From: Thermoanaerobaculia bacterium
Lineage (GTDB): Bacteria > Acidobacteriota > Thermoanaerobaculia > UBA5066
Length of the DNA stretch: 64,000 nucleotides
NCBI GenBank assembly: GCA_963816185.1
Contig: CAWFJJ010000028.1
Span: 128,001 to 192,000, forward strand
Reading direction: 5' to 3'
Every line of letters starts with the position of its first letter. Position 1 is the first letter of the stretch. This document shows positions 46,605 to 53,754 of the stretch, in pieces. A program made the position numbers and the translations under genes. The notes under the pieces were generated by a model. The model was not told the DNA's origin, ran no database searches, and saw nothing but the letters and a program-made list of their open reading frames with translations.

Positions 46605-47476
46605 GCCGCGGCGCGGGCGCCGTGAAGGCGCAGGAGCGTCTCGTTCGCCGGCGTGGGGACTCCGAGGCTTGCCCCCTCGCGCACGACGGCGCCGTTGATC
46701 GCGTCGATCTCCGTGGGCGCGCCTCTCAGGACGTCCTGGAGCGTCGAGGAGTGGTTCGACGCCGTGGCGCGTGCCACGCGCCGCGCCTCGGCGGCGGCGT
46801 CGGGGAAGGGAAGAGCGATTCCCTTCGCGCGTGCAACCTCCGCGACCTCGTTTGCCGCGCCATCGAGGAGCGCGAGGGCTTCGGGGCGCTCGAGCAGCCG
46901 GCCGTTCGGAACCCTCAGGATCGCGCTCAAGGCATTGATGCCTGCGTTCACGGCAAGCTTTCCCCACGCGAGCGAAGCTCCCTGGGCGGGATCGACGGCG
47001 CGCGCGTCGAGACCGGCGGAGCGAAAGACCGCCGCGAGGGAGTCGGGCCCGGCGATGTGCGTGGGGCCGTCGCCGCAAGGGCGCACGCGCCCGGGCGCCA
47101 GCAGCGTCGCCCCTTGCTCCGTCACGCCGAGGAAAGCCCGCGGGCCGAGCTTCTCGACGTTCCCGAGGCCGTTCTGAAGCGTGAGGACGCTCCCGTCGGG
47201 GCCGGCCAAAGCAGGAACGTCGCGCGCCACGCGGTCGGTCTGCCAGGCCTTGACGAGGACGAGGACGAGATCCGCGGCGTCGAGCGGGGCTCCGAGGCGC
47301 GCGCCTTCGACGGCGAAGGCCTCTGACCCGCGAGGCGTCTCGAGGACGATGCCGCCGCGTGCGATGGCGTCGAGCCCTTCCGTCCAGGTTCCGACGAGCG
47401 TGACCTCGGCCACACGCGCGAGGCGCGCCCCGAAGAAGCAGGCCAGCGCTCCCGTTCCGAGGACGTGGACCCTCAT
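46601..47476 (-). CDS. panE: 2-dehydropantoate 2-reductase
   Basis: GTGALA, LVKAW, LQNGLG, WGKLAVNAGIN, SSTLQD, TEIDAINGAV. Confidence 0.93.
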   Translation of the reverse strand: MRVHVLGTGALACFFGARLARVAEVTLVGTWTEGLDAIARGGIVLETPRGSEAFAVEGARLGAPLDAADLVLVLVKAWQTDRVARDVPALAGPDGSVLTLQNGLGNVEKLGPRAFLGVTEQGATLLAPGRVRPCGDGPTHIAGPDSLAAVFRSAGLDARAVDPAQGASLAWGKLAVNAGINALSAILRVPNGRLLERPEALALLDGAANEVAEVARAKGIALPFPDAAAEARRVARATASNHSSTLQDVLRGAPTEIDAINGAVVREGASLGVPTPANETLLRLHGARAAA

Positions 47477-47480
47477 CGCG

Positions 47481-48362
47481 TCAGTGCGCCGTCTCGCCGC
47501 CCCACTCGCGCGCGATCGCCCGATAGACGTCCTCGTCGAGCGCGTGCGCATGGGCAGGCTCGGGGAAGCGCCCTGTGCGGACGTCTTCGACGTAGGCGGC
47601 GAATGCCCGCGCCATCTCTTCGTGGAGGCTCGCATACTGCTTGACGAACTTCGGCGCGAAGCCGTCGGTCAGGCCGAGGAGGTCGTGCGTCACGAGGACC
47701 TGGCCATCGCATGCGGCGCCGGCGCCGATTCCGATCGTGGGGATCGAGAGGCGGCGCGTGATGAGGCCGGCGAGCCGGTCCGGGATCGCCTCGAGGACGA
47801 GCGCGTGACAGCCCGCATCCTCGAGGGCGTGCGCGTCCTCGACGAGGCTTCGCGCCGCGGCGGCCGACTTGCCCTGGGTCCTGAAGCCGCCGAGCTGGTT
47901 CACTTTCTGCGGCGTTAGGCCGATGTGGCCCACGACCGGGATTCCCGCGCCCACGAGCGCCCGGACCGCCGGCACGACCTCGCGACCGCCTTCCAGCTTC
48001 ACGGCGTTCATGCCGCCTTCCTTCAGGAATCGGCCCGCATTCCGCACGGCGTCGCCGACCGAGGCCTGGTACGAGAGAAACGGCATGTCGCCGACGAGAT
48101 GCGCGACCTTCGCGCCGCGCGCGACGGCTTTCGCGTGATGGAGCATCTCCTCCATCGTCACGGGCAGCGTGTTGTCGTACCCGAGGACGACCATTCCGAG
48201 CGAATCGCCCACGAGGATCGAGTCCACGCCTGCGAGGTCGAGGGCGCGGGCCGTGGGGAAGTCGTACGCGGTGAGCATCGTGATCGGCTCGCCGCGCTCC
48301 TTCTTCGCCCGGAGCGTGTGAAGAGTGATCTTTCGCTGGGGAGAGGGAGCTATCGTGGACAT
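47481..48362 (-). CDS. panB: 3-methyl-2-oxobutanoate hydroxymethyltransferase
   Basis: MLTAYD, LVGDSLG, DMPF, VKLEGG, GHIGLTPQ, GIGAG, DGQVLV. Confidence 0.96.
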   Translation of the reverse strand: MSTIAPSPQRKITLHTLRAKKERGEPITMLTAYDFPTARALDLAGVDSILVGDSLGMVVLGYDNTLPVTMEEMLHHAKAVARGAKVAHLVGDMPFLSYQASVGDAVRNAGRFLKEGGMNAVKLEGGREVVPAVRALVGAGIPVVGHIGLTPQKVNQLGGFRTQGKSAAAARSLVEDAHALEDAGCHALVLEAIPDRLAGLITRRLSIPTIGIGAGAACDGQVLVTHDLLGLTDGFAPKFVKQYASLHEEMARAFAAYVEDVRTGRFPEPAHAHALDEDVYRAIAREWGGETAH

Positions 48363-48383
48363 GGCTATCTTCTCCGTGGAAGT

Positions 48384-48448
48384 AAGACGCCTTTCGAAAA
48401 GATCTCGAGCAGCCGACGCGTCCGGGTCGCGTGACACGATCCCGGCGC
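48384..48448 (-). ncRNA. Candidate pan RNA motif-like leader upstream of panB
   Basis: Minus-strand hairpin GCG-CCGGG-(A)-UCGUG-UCA-CGCGA-CCCGG-(A)-CGC with two bulged A, then a second hairpin before the GGAG RBS. Confidence 0.45.
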
Positions 48449-48817
48449 AGAAACGATGATAGCCCCTGCACTATGCCCCGTCCACGAGCCGGGGTCGTAT
48501 TCTTCCTACGCCTGCCGGAATCGCGACCCGTCATGTCTTCTCGCCCTTCGAAGGAAGCATCATTCAAGTCATTTAGAATCAATTGTTTGAGTAAATCGCC
48601 TCCTCTGGCGATCTCTCCTTCTAAGAATCTTCCCTTCTTCCCCTCGCCTCATTAGGAAGCGAGCCACCGGTGCATGTACAGCATTCCGCTGCCCTGATGC
48701 ATCTTCGTCAGTCGATTTTTCTCTTGACATAGCTCCTTTCGTGAAACAATTCCGTCAGGTTCAGCTTGGGGTACCAGACCCGTGGTCCATGCGGGCGCGG
48801 TCCCTAGGGAGTCGTCC

Positions 48818-49444
48818 ATGGCAGCGTGGGACACGACGGAAGGCATGGGGCTGACGCCGGCTCTCGCCGGTGGTGGTTCGATGGCTGAAGCGTCGGTCCT
48901 GCGGGCCGTTCTCTCCGACGAGATTCCCGTCTCGGATGACGTCTCCTCCGAGGCCGCGGGCATCACGCCCGGCGAGTGGGACTGGACGGCGCTGAACAAC
49001 GTGCTCCGCCCGAAGCTCATCGGCCTCGCGGTGAGGAAGTACAACTTCAGCCACGAAGAGGCGGAAGACGCCGTCCAGACGGTCTACATGCGCGTTCTCG
49101 CACGCGATCCGCGCGTGAAAGACCCGATCGGCTACGTCAAGATCGCGTTCCTCAACACCTGCCTGAACATCGCGATGGCGAAAGAGCGCAGCGTCCAGCA
49201 GATGCCGGAGGAGATGGACGTGCCGGACCCGAAGTGCGAGCGCGTCACCGCGCGCCTCGAGGCCGTGCGCATGGTCAACAAGGCGATCCGCAGCGCCGGG
49301 CCGAAGTGCAAGCGCATCGTGCGGCTCTACTTCGGGCAGGAATACAGCCTGGCCGACATGACGAAGGCCACGGGCTACTCCAAGAAGACCGTCTGGAAGC
49401 GCATCTGGGGCTGCCTCGACAAGATGCGGAAGGTGCTCGCGTGA
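48818..49444 (+). CDS. ECF-type sigma-70 factor (start could be 48818 or 48881)
   Basis: Region 2 EEAEDAVQTVYMR...FLNTCLN and region 4 CKRIVRLYF..YSLADM..ATGYSKKTVWKRI..CLDKMR. Confidence 0.85.
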   Translation: MAAWDTTEGMGLTPALAGGGSMAEASVLRAVLSDEIPVSDDVSSEAAGITPGEWDWTALNNVLRPKLIGLAVRKYNFSHEEAEDAVQTVYMRVLARDPRVKDPIGYVKIAFLNTCLNIAMAKERSVQQMPEEMDVPDPKCERVTARLEAVRMVNKAIRSAGPKCKRIVRLYFGQEYSLADMTKATGYSKKTVWKRIWGCLDKMRKVLA

Positions 49445-50880
49445 GCGCAGAATTCAAGCCTGCCGCGTCTTCCTGCCCCGAGCAGTGGGAGCTTTTCGAG
49501 CTCGTGACCGAGGGCTCGACGGAGCTGAACGCGCATGTGAAAGCCCACGTCACGGCGGGCTGCCCGTCGTGCGGGAAGCACCTCGACGACATCCGCACGC
49601 TCTCGAGGGCGCGCGAGATGAAGGAAGAGTTCGACGCCTTCTTCGAAGAGCTGCCCCAGGACGACGCCCCGCCCACGGAGCGCGAGGAGTTTCTCCTCAA
49701 GTTCAAGAAGAAGAACCGCCCCGCCGACCGCCTCGGCCGCCTCGCCCACGACGGCCGCCAGCTCGCGGCCGAGATCGTGAAGGCGGTTTCGGAAGAAGGC
49801 CTCGAAAAGGCGAAAGAGCTGCTCGGGAAGATCGAAGCGGATCCGAGCCGCGGATACGCGTACCTGTACGCGTGCCAGCTGGCAATGCCGAAAACGTCCA
49901 GCAACCCGCCGATGTACGTCGAGTTTGCGAAGGCGATATCGGAAACGACCCGGAGCCTCCCGTACCTTAAGGACAAGGGACCCGCTCAGCCCGTCTGCCG
50001 CGAGCAGGTAGCCGGCGAGGCGGCGCTCTTGAAAGCAAACGCGCTGACCTACCTGGCGCTGTGCGCCGAGGCAATTGACGCAGCGCGAGAAGCTCGCCTG
50101 AGCTTTGTCGCGGCGGGTGAGGACAGTTTTGCGCTCGCCCTAGCGGACTACTTCGAGGGACTCGCGGTCACGTTCTCTGGTGATTTCGCTGTCGCGTGGC
50201 GGCTCCTGAAATCAGCTCGTTCTGAATTCAATCTTTATGGGCAAGAGAACTGGCAGGGGAGAGCTCATGCGGCGCTCGGACTCTTGGTTCTGGGCCGCGG
50301 GAAGTGCGCCTCGGCCCTACATTTCTTCGACGAGGCTCTTCGAGTACTTCACCCCGATCAGGACGGCACGGCCTACGCCGCAACTCTTGTGAATCGGGGC
50401 TATGCCTTGGTCAAGGTTGGTCGGTTGGATGCAGCGAAGGCGACGTATGCGCGCGCGCTTATGCACGCCCGTCGGTTCCAGATGAACCATCCTCTTCTCA
50501 CGATTCGCTTCGGCTTGGCCTCGATCGAACTGCTCCGGGGCAATGTCGTTCGGGCGCTCGGAGGATTCGAGAGGATGGCCCACGATGCCGCGGAGATGGG
50601 TTTCAACGAGCAAGTACTCGGCGCTCAGCTGCGGATCGCCGAGTGCTTGTCACGTCTCGGCCGTGGCGACGAAGTGGAGCGCCGCGTTCAAGAGATTCGT
50701 CAGTCCGCCTTCAAGGTTTCGCTCGAGAATGATCTGGCGTTCCGCGAGCTTTTCGAAAGCATCGATGAGGATCGAGCTTCCTCGGAGATGATCGCCTACA
50801 TCGCAGACTACTTCGAGGGCAGAAACCGCGGTGTTCGCACAGCCTACAAACCGTTCCGGCTGGTGGCGAACGGAAGTTGA
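49441..50880 (+). CDS. Zinc-finger anti-sigma-like domain fused to a soluble TPR-repeat domain (479 aa)
   Basis: GTGA overlap with sigma stop; C-x-HVTAGCPSC (HxxxxCxxC); TPR-like helices GRAHAALGLLVLGRG...FDEAL and ATLVNRGYALVKVGRLDAAKATYARAL; no TM segment. Confidence 0.8.
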   Translation: MSAEFKPAASSCPEQWELFELVTEGSTELNAHVKAHVTAGCPSCGKHLDDIRTLSRAREMKEEFDAFFEELPQDDAPPTEREEFLLKFKKKNRPADRLGRLAHDGRQLAAEIVKAVSEEGLEKAKELLGKIEADPSRGYAYLYACQLAMPKTSSNPPMYVEFAKAISETTRSLPYLKDKGPAQPVCREQVAGEAALLKANALTYLALCAEAIDAAREARLSFVAAGEDSFALALADYFEGLAVTFSGDFAVAWRLLKSARSEFNLYGQENWQGRAHAALGLLVLGRGKCASALHFFDEALRVLHPDQDGTAYAATLVNRGYALVKVGRLDAAKATYARALMHARRFQMNHPLLTIRFGLASIELLRGNVVRALGGFERMAHDAAEMGFNEQVLGAQLRIAECLSRLGRGDEVERRVQEIRQSAFKVSLENDLAFRELFESIDEDRASSEMIAYIADYFEGRNRGVRTAYKPFRLVANGS

Positions 50881-50957
50881 TCGTTCTGTAGACATCGTTC
50901 ATAGACAGGGGGCAGAGGTGCCAAGAAATCGGGTACCTCAAGAAAGTTCTTATCAGA

Positions 50958-51002
50958 AGGGGGTCAAACGTGTGCCCCCGTCTGTCCGTGTATATAGCCC
51001 AC
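50958..51002 (+). promoter_or_regulatory. Promoter-like element, copy 1 (upstream of peptide gene)
   Basis: AGGGGGTCAAA-N13-CTGTC-N7-ATAGCCCAC; 34/45 identical to copy 2. Confidence 0.55.
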
Positions 51003-51069
51003 AGCTGAACAATCGCAGCACTAACCAATTGTTGGCAACTTGGTAACCCAGGTAGGCCAGGGAGGACGT

Positions 51070-51201
51070 ATGGATTTCGACTTCGGCTTCGGTTCGTTCT
51101 TGTATTTCATTGACTGGTTTGGGTTTGGCAGCTCAGCGGAAAGCGTCTCGACGACGACTATCGGCGGTAACAAGGTCTCCACGACGACTATCGGCGGCTG
51201 A
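51070..51201 (+). CDS. 43-aa peptide MDFDFGFGSFLYFIDWFGFGSSAESVSTTTIGGNKVSTTTIGG (putative signalling or precursor peptide), absent from ORF track
   Basis: GGGAGG RBS; duplicated 24-bp unit differing only at synonymous third positions; followed by a terminator-like hairpin. Confidence 0.78.
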   Translation: MDFDFGFGSFLYFIDWFGFGSSAESVSTTTIGGNKVSTTTIGG

Positions 51202-51261
51202 CAACTAACTCCCAATAGCTGCCCAACAGGCTGGCTTGACTGGCTCTGTGTTAGGTGTGTT

Positions 51262-51283
51262 TGCGCGTGAAAACGCGTGTTTT
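51262..51283 (+). terminator. Putative intrinsic terminator after peptide gene
   Basis: TGCGCGT-GAAA-ACGCGTG stem-loop followed by TTTT. Confidence 0.55.
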
Positions 51284-51338
51284 CGTGTTCTTGGGTAAGA
51301 TTTGCATATGAATTGGGTGTCAAAAATATTTTCTTGGG

Positions 51339-51383
51339 AGGGGGTCAAAGGCGCGCCCCTGGCTGTCTCTACTAATAGCCCAC
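51339..51383 (+). promoter_or_regulatory. Promoter-like element, copy 2
   Basis: Same conserved blocks and spacing as copy 1, 381 bp downstream. Confidence 0.55.
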
Positions 51384-51484
51384 CCTTAGGGCGCCCTCAA
51401 GCAATTTCAGATCGTTAATCCAGGAAGTGAACCTCTGGCTCACCTTGGTCGGTAACGTCGGCTCTGAGGCGAGTGTGTTCGCCC

Positions 51485-51868
51485 TCACCCCGCGTACTGC
51501 GCGATGCCGTTTCCGAATGACCAGTTCTCCTTGGGGACCTCGACGAGGTTCACGAGGACGTCTTCCTTCCGCATGCCGGGGTTCTTCGCGAGGTTCTCCG
51601 CGATCCGGGCGTAGAAGGCCTTCTTCATCTCGAGGGTCCGGCCCAGGTTCAGAGTGACCTCGATGAAGACGACGTCGTCGGTGCGTTTGACGCCGAGGTA
51701 ACCGGCGTCGTAGATGAGGCCGCCGGCGGGGTGCTCTGTGATGACCTGGAAGCGGTCGTCGGCGGGGACGTTGATCGTCGCGAGCATCGCGTCGAAGACG
51801 CCGTCGGCGATGGCCTTGATGTAAGCCGGTGGCTTACCCGCGCGAAGGGAGATGTGGACGAGCGGCAT
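51485..51868 (-). CDS. Tautomerase family protein
   Basis: N-terminal Pro after Met (MPLVHISL), DDRFQVI, GRTLEMKK, ENWSFGNG. Confidence 0.9.
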   Translation of the reverse strand: MPLVHISLRAGKPPAYIKAIADGVFDAMLATINVPADDRFQVITEHPAGGLIYDAGYLGVKRTDDVVFIEVTLNLGRTLEMKKAFYARIAENLAKNPGMRKEDVLVNLVEVPKENWSFGNGIAQYAG

Positions 51869-51915
51869 GGGGCCTCCTGTGGCCCGAACGTTACCGCTCC
51901 CGGGCGCGCCGCGCC

Positions 51916-52317
51916 TCAGTCTTCTATCAACTTATGCCCCGCGAGCGTGAGCGCCGCGATCGCCTCGTTCAGGGAAGTCTTCTTGACGAGGATGTAATCC
52001 GTGTCGAACGTCGAGACCGCGAAGAGGCTGATTTTTGCATCGGCAAGCGGCTTTGCGACGGAAACGAGGACCCCTACGACATCGAGCGGGAACGGGCCGT
52101 GGAGCTTCAGGAGGGCCCAGCCGCGCGCGACCCGCAGGTCGAAGCCGTCGAGGTTCGGCGGGAGGCGCCGCTCGTCGCAGACGATCGACAGCTCGTCGGC
52201 CGTCCGGGTGATCGACGTGAACGTCTTGCCGGCCCATGTCGGAAGGGGAGCCTTCGCAGACAGGCGGCAGATGGCGTACGTGCCGGGAATCACGGAGAAG
52301 CGCTGTCCCGGTTTCAT
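51916..52317 (-). CDS. ACT domain protein (GATS/CASTOR-like)
   Basis: SITRTADELSIVC, GPFPLDVVGVL, FAVSTFDTDYILVK. Confidence 0.88.
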   Translation of the reverse strand: MKPGQRFSVIPGTYAICRLSAKAPLPTWAGKTFTSITRTADELSIVCDERRLPPNLDGFDLRVARGWALLKLHGPFPLDVVGVLVSVAKPLADAKISLFAVSTFDTDYILVKKTSLNEAIAALTLAGHKLIED

Positions 52318-52329
52318 CTCGGCAAGATC

Positions 52330-52764
52330 TCAGGGCGATGCGAAGGGGTTGCGGATGCGCAACGCTCCGAAGGCCTGCCCGGTGTTGAGGTCTTCCGACC
52401 AGATCGTCCGGCAGCCTAGCCGGCGGGCGCTCTGAAGAATGAGGGCATCCCACAGGGAAATGCGTTTGCGTCGATGCAAGTCGATGGCCGCGAGGACGTC
52501 CGCTCGAACGGGCTCGTGAAGAATCCAGTGCGAGAGGTCTTCGATGAGCGCGGCGGCTCCCGCCGCCGGCATCGGCCTCGAGACCTTGCGGGTGATCGTG
52601 ACGAAGAGCTCCTGCAAGACCTGAAGGCTGAGACAGCCGCGCCCGGAGCGCCACAGACCGGCCACGAGCTCTCGCGCCTGCGCTGCTTTCGCCCCCGCGC
52701 TTGCGTCGTACGCGTAGACCAGGACGTTCGTATCGACGAACTCCCGGGCCGGCTCAGCGCTCAT
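52330..52764 (-). CDS. PIN-domain toxin (VapC-like)
   Basis: FVDTNVLVY, QVLQEL, SLWDALI, WSEDL. Confidence 0.9.
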   Translation of the reverse strand: MSAEPAREFVDTNVLVYAYDASAGAKAAQARELVAGLWRSGRGCLSLQVLQELFVTITRKVSRPMPAAGAAALIEDLSHWILHEPVRADVLAAIDLHRRKRISLWDALILQSARRLGCRTIWSEDLNTGQAFGALRIRNPFASP

Positions 52765-53002
52765 GGAGCGAGTCGCGGGTCCACATGGCCTGACCCCGGG
52801 TTCCCAGATTCACGGGGCGTGTGAGCCGCGCGAGCGCCCGCTCGCGAGCCGCGGCGTAAGCGTCCTCGCGCTCGACGATGTCTTCCAGCATGCCAGCGAG
52901 AAGCGCCGAGACGGAGGTCTGCCGTTCGACGGCGAGGATCTTCACCTTTCTCAGCACGGGCTTTGGAAGCGCGAGCGTGATGTTCTGAATGACCGCCTTC
53001 AC
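52754..53002 (-). CDS. CopG/RHH-type antitoxin (VapB-like)
   Basis: NITLALP..VLRKVKILA..TSVSALL; WTRDSLHER; overlaps toxin start. Confidence 0.8.
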   Translation of the reverse strand: MKAVIQNITLALPKPVLRKVKILAVERQTSVSALLAGMLEDIVEREDAYAAARERALARLTRPVNLGTRGQAMWTRDSLHER

Positions 53003-53032
53003 GCGAAAGAGTGTATCACGCGTTCACGTGAA
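52998..53032. promoter_or_regulatory. Putative toxin-antitoxin autoregulatory operator
   Basis: TTCACGCGAA (52998) and palindrome TTCACGTGAA (53023) at the antitoxin start. Confidence 0.4.
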
Positions 53033-53067
53033 ACGGATCGAGTAACCCGCTGGAGTGACGAAGGTCG

Positions 53068-53754
53068 TCATCCCCCGGACGCGGGCTCGGCCGGGCGGGG
53101 GCCCATGTGGTGCTTGATCATCTCGCCCTCGGCGATGTAGATCGCTTCCTCGCCGATGTTCGTCGCGAGGTCGCCGACGCGCTCGAGGTTCTTCGAGACG
53201 CTCATGATCTCGATCGAAGCGCTGATGAGCGCCGGGTTCTCGACCATGTACGTCAGGAGCTCGCGGATGATGGACTTGTTCTTCTCGTCGAGGATGTCGT
53301 CGCGCTTGCAGACTTCGAGAGCGAGCGCGCTGTCCTTCCGGATGAAGGCATCCAGCGACTCCTTCAGCATGCCCCGCGCGATCTCGGCCATGTGGGGGAT
53401 GTCGATCCACGGCTTGAACGGGCGAAAGCGCGACAGCCGCTCGGCGCCCTCGGCGATGTTCACGGCGTGATCGCCGATGCGCTCGAGGTCGGCGTTGATC
53501 TTGAGGGCCGAGACGAGCAGGCGGAGGTCCCCGGCGACGGGCTGCTGCAACGCGAGGAGGTCGATCGCGTCCTCGTCGTTCTTGATCTCCATCTGGTCGA
53601 TCACCTTGTCGCGCTCGATGACTTTCCGCGCCTTCGCGGCGTCGGCCTCGACGAGCGCCTCGACCGCGAGGCGGATCTGGTTCTCGACTTCCGCGCCCAT
53701 GCCGATGAGCTGCCGGCGCAGGTTCTCGAGCTTCTCGCCGAAATGTTCTTTCAT
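53068..53754 (-). CDS. phoU: Phosphate signalling protein PhoU
   Basis: QQPVAGDLR, DLERIGDHAVNIAE, LERVGDLATNIGE. Confidence 0.96.
   Translation of the reverse strand: MKEHFGEKLENLRRQLIGMGAEVENQIRLAVEALVEADAAKARKVIERDKVIDQMEIKNDEDAIDLLALQQPVAGDLRLLVSALKINADLERIGDHAVNIAEGAERLSRFRPFKPWIDIPHMAEIARGMLKESLDAFIRKDSALALEVCKRDDILDEKNKSIIRELLTYMVENPALISASIEIMSVSKNLERVGDLATNIGEEAIYIAEGEMIKHHMGPRPAEPASGG

Noticed and set aside
48724-48752. TTGACA upstream of the islet sigma gene as a sigma70 promoter
   Set aside because: No good -10 hexamer at 16-18 bp spacing.
51021-51323. Minus-strand 100-aa ORF with repeated PPIVVVET
   Set aside because: Antisense reading of the peptide gene; the RBS, terminator and promoter-like element all support the plus strand.
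50958-51383. 45-bp repeats as CRISPR repeats or att sites
   Set aside because: Only two degenerate copies 381 bp apart, with no cas, integrase or transposase in the window.
51427-51657. 76-aa ORF after the second promoter-like copy
   Set aside because: Mostly antisense to the tautomerase gene with a poorly spaced RBS; kept only as a possible remnant.
52330-53002. vapBC as marker of a mobile element
   Set aside because: No flanking repeats or mobility genes; treated as an ordinary chromosomal toxin-antitoxin pair.
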